Of a DNA stretch of 64,000 nucleotides, positions 61,548-64,000 are shown in pieces. This DNA comes from Podarcis pityusensis (lineage: Eukaryota): the NCBI GenBank assembly GCA_964106645.2, contig OZ067041.1. One strand, written 5' to 3'. The translations under genes were made by a program, and so were the position numbers. Numbering within the stretch: position 1 is the stretch's first letter; each line of letters opens with the position of its first letter. Below the pieces are notes generated by a model. The model was given only the letters and a program-made list of their open reading frames with translations, ran no database searches and was not told the origin of the DNA.

Positions 61548-63795
61548 TAAAATGAATTTAATTAAATGTTTGAATAGTGACTTAGTATGGCACTCACTGA
61601 CCACTGAAGCAGATGGGAGAGCCCCACCAGCTCTACTGGGATTACAGCAGTGTAAGTTAAAAAGTGAAATGATGCCCAAGAACCAAGTTAATTCTATGCG
61701 CTCTTGTTCTTTTATTTAACTCTGAAATAAGCACACACATTTTGACATTCAAGGACATCCTTTTAATTTGTAGTCCTCTCTGAGAGATTTGTGTTCATGA
61801 AGAGATGAATAGGTTTTACTTATTTATATTCACAGTTTCAGTCATGCATTATTTTGGCTCTGGAATATTGTTCTGTCTTTAATCATTCATAGCTGGAGAT
61901 GAATAAATGGCAGGGATAATTGATACAACTGTTGATTGTCAGACTGAACAAGGGTTCTGACTAGTTCCTGTTATAAAATGACTGCCTTGTTTGCCCAATG
62001 TTGAATTAGAATGGTGTAAGAAAACCACAAAGGAACTGTGTGTCAGTTGTTAGGACAGAGACATAGCTGGGACAGAGTTCCCAACTGAGCTTTTTGTCTT
62101 GTGAGCAGGAATTGAACCCAAGCCACTCAGGTTTCTCACTCCTTTCTTTTTCCAGTTGGACAGCACCATTCCATTGTTTACCTTATTTATCCTCACACCA
62201 TGTGGATGGATTAGCTCGCCATAGCAGCAGAATGATAGGGATGGAACAAAACACCCACAGCCTCCTCTTCAGGAGCCTACTCATTTCTTCTAAGTCATGG
62301 TTTGGCATAGCATTTTGTGTGGCAAACTGTGCCAATATGTTTGTGGCTAAAAAGTGGCTTTGAAATCTAGACTTGTTTTGTGTTCATAATCTTACAAAAG
62401 TTCAACCGGGTATGGAATTGGAGCAGGGCCTAATTACAATATTATGTCATTGGCACAAAAGAAGAGAAAAAAGAAAGGAAGTTTCACTCTTTAGTGTACG
62501 TGTGGTAACTTTTTCAGTTGCGAGTTCATATTATTTTTGAAATTATAGGGTTTATGGAAGAAAATATCATAGGTTTGCGACTTCTGGACAGTCTCAGGAA
62601 GCTGGGCTTCTGGGCCTCCTTAGTCACTTGAGATACGAGGAAGCGCATTTCATTTGTGTCCGACAAGGCATTTCTTTTCCTGGCACAGAGACTGCAGATC
62701 GTACTTTAGGATGCAGGATTGCTGTCATCATTCATACTTTTTATCACCTTACCATTTGACTTCTGCAATATGTTCTGCATGGAAATATACCTTAAATCAA
62801 ACCCAGCAATGATATGGAGATGGCTGGCTGTCTAGTAAAGAGTGTGACTCACTGGATGCCCATGAAATGTCCATGAAACCAATCTGATAGCAATGAAAGA
62901 TTAGTAGCACAGTAAGATTTCTCATAAAAATCCAATTTCAGCAAAATATTTCTAATGTAAACAACTGCAGCGACAGAAGGAAATTGGAAGGAGGGGGGAC
63001 TAACTTTGGTGTGATGTTAAACATCTAGCTTATCTGATGTAACTTGGCACATCACAGTTTCATTGATCTGCAGAATTCCGAAATCAGGGCATAGCAGGCA
63101 GCGTGAACAAGAAGTGAGACTTAACCTTAAGTACTTCATCAGTATGCAGAATCAATATTGTATAGTCAGGGGCGGCACATTACAGTTCACAGCTTGAGGC
63201 AAAACGGGGAGTGTTGCTTGGTCCTTCTGCTGCCATTCCTGTTGCCCCCACCTACCTGCTCCTGCCCCTACCTGCTCTGCTGCATTCGGCGCTGCCATTG
63301 GTGTCAATTTTGGGTTGCATCCTCGCTCTGCCTACTAGCTGGGACAGCTCTGTTTATAGTATACCAAGATGCCAAAAATCTAGCTGGCAGTTCTACACAA
63401 TTTTTTTACCTATGTGGTCATCATACTATGATTTGTGAAGCTTGGGCATCTGTTGTGAGAATGTCTGCTATGATAAACCACCATGAAAATCCCGTGTATG
63501 TGTGATGGCCCTACTTTTCAGTAGCAGATACTGGGAGATGGGGAACAGCAGAAGTGAGGTGCTGGATAACTTGATGTGCCATGCAACCTGCTCTATAGAG
63601 AGCCACACTCACAGTTACAATTCTCTGCAGCACTTAACAAACGTCAGTGACCAGAGATCTTTGAGGGGTGAAATGTGCTTTGAAAGTATAGTGTGTTCAC
63701 AGCCACATTTGAAATAAGTTTGCCAGTTAGCCTGTTCAACTTCTGCTCATAGTATGTGTGCATGTGGGTTTGTTGCATTGTCCTTCACCTCAGAC

Positions 63796-63931
63796 CAGGA
63801 ATAGGCAAACTTGGCCCTCCAGATGTTTTTGGCCTACAACTTCCATCATCCCTAGCTAACAGGACCAGTGGTCAGGGATGATGGGAGTTGTAGTCCCAAA
63901 ACATCTGGAGGGCGGAATTTGCCTATGCCTG
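63796..63931. mobile_element. Palindromic hAT-type MITE (~136 bp)
   Basis: Same family as 61412; perfect 8-bp TSD cctcagac at 63788-63795 and 63932-63939. Confidence 0.9.
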
Positions 63932-64000
63932 CCTCAGACAGCAAAATGCCTTGGGCTAGCTCTGTTCTAGACTATGACAAAAACACATTAGTGCCATTAC

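Noticed and set aside
25500-64000. PTCHD1 exons expected by synteny
   Set aside because: No patched-domain or multi-transmembrane coding sequence seen; the gene probably lies beyond the window

Overview
This is vertebrate genomic DNA, almost certainly from a squamate reptile. The repeat content (BovB LINE, Sauria SINE, MIR/Squam3-like SINEs, a Tc1/mariner MITE family) points to a lacertid-type lizard. The first ~25 kb holds two complete, convergent, CpG-island genes that I could splice exon by exon with consistent phases. ACOT9 (+) has 16 coding exons at 527-16292, giving a 1314-nt CDS (437 aa) with a mitochondrial presequence-like N-terminus. PRDX4 (-) has 7 exons at 25153-18344, giving an 843-nt CDS (280 aa) with both catalytic Cys motifs intact. 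The remaining ~38 kb has no recognisable gene; by human Xp22 synteny it would lead towards PTCHD1. It is filled with MITEs, SINEs and LINE fragments. The notable non-coding items are a 180-bp ungapped palindrome resembling the ancient MER135-type hairpin repeats, a family of degenerate fold-back elements, CpG-retaining candidate enhancers, and three exon-like minus-strand segments upstream of PRDX4. I found no convincing novel multi-gene system, and most ORFs in the track are spurious or repeat-derived. Repeat family names and human comparisons are from memory, and repeat boundaries are approximate unless target-site duplications (TSDs) are given.
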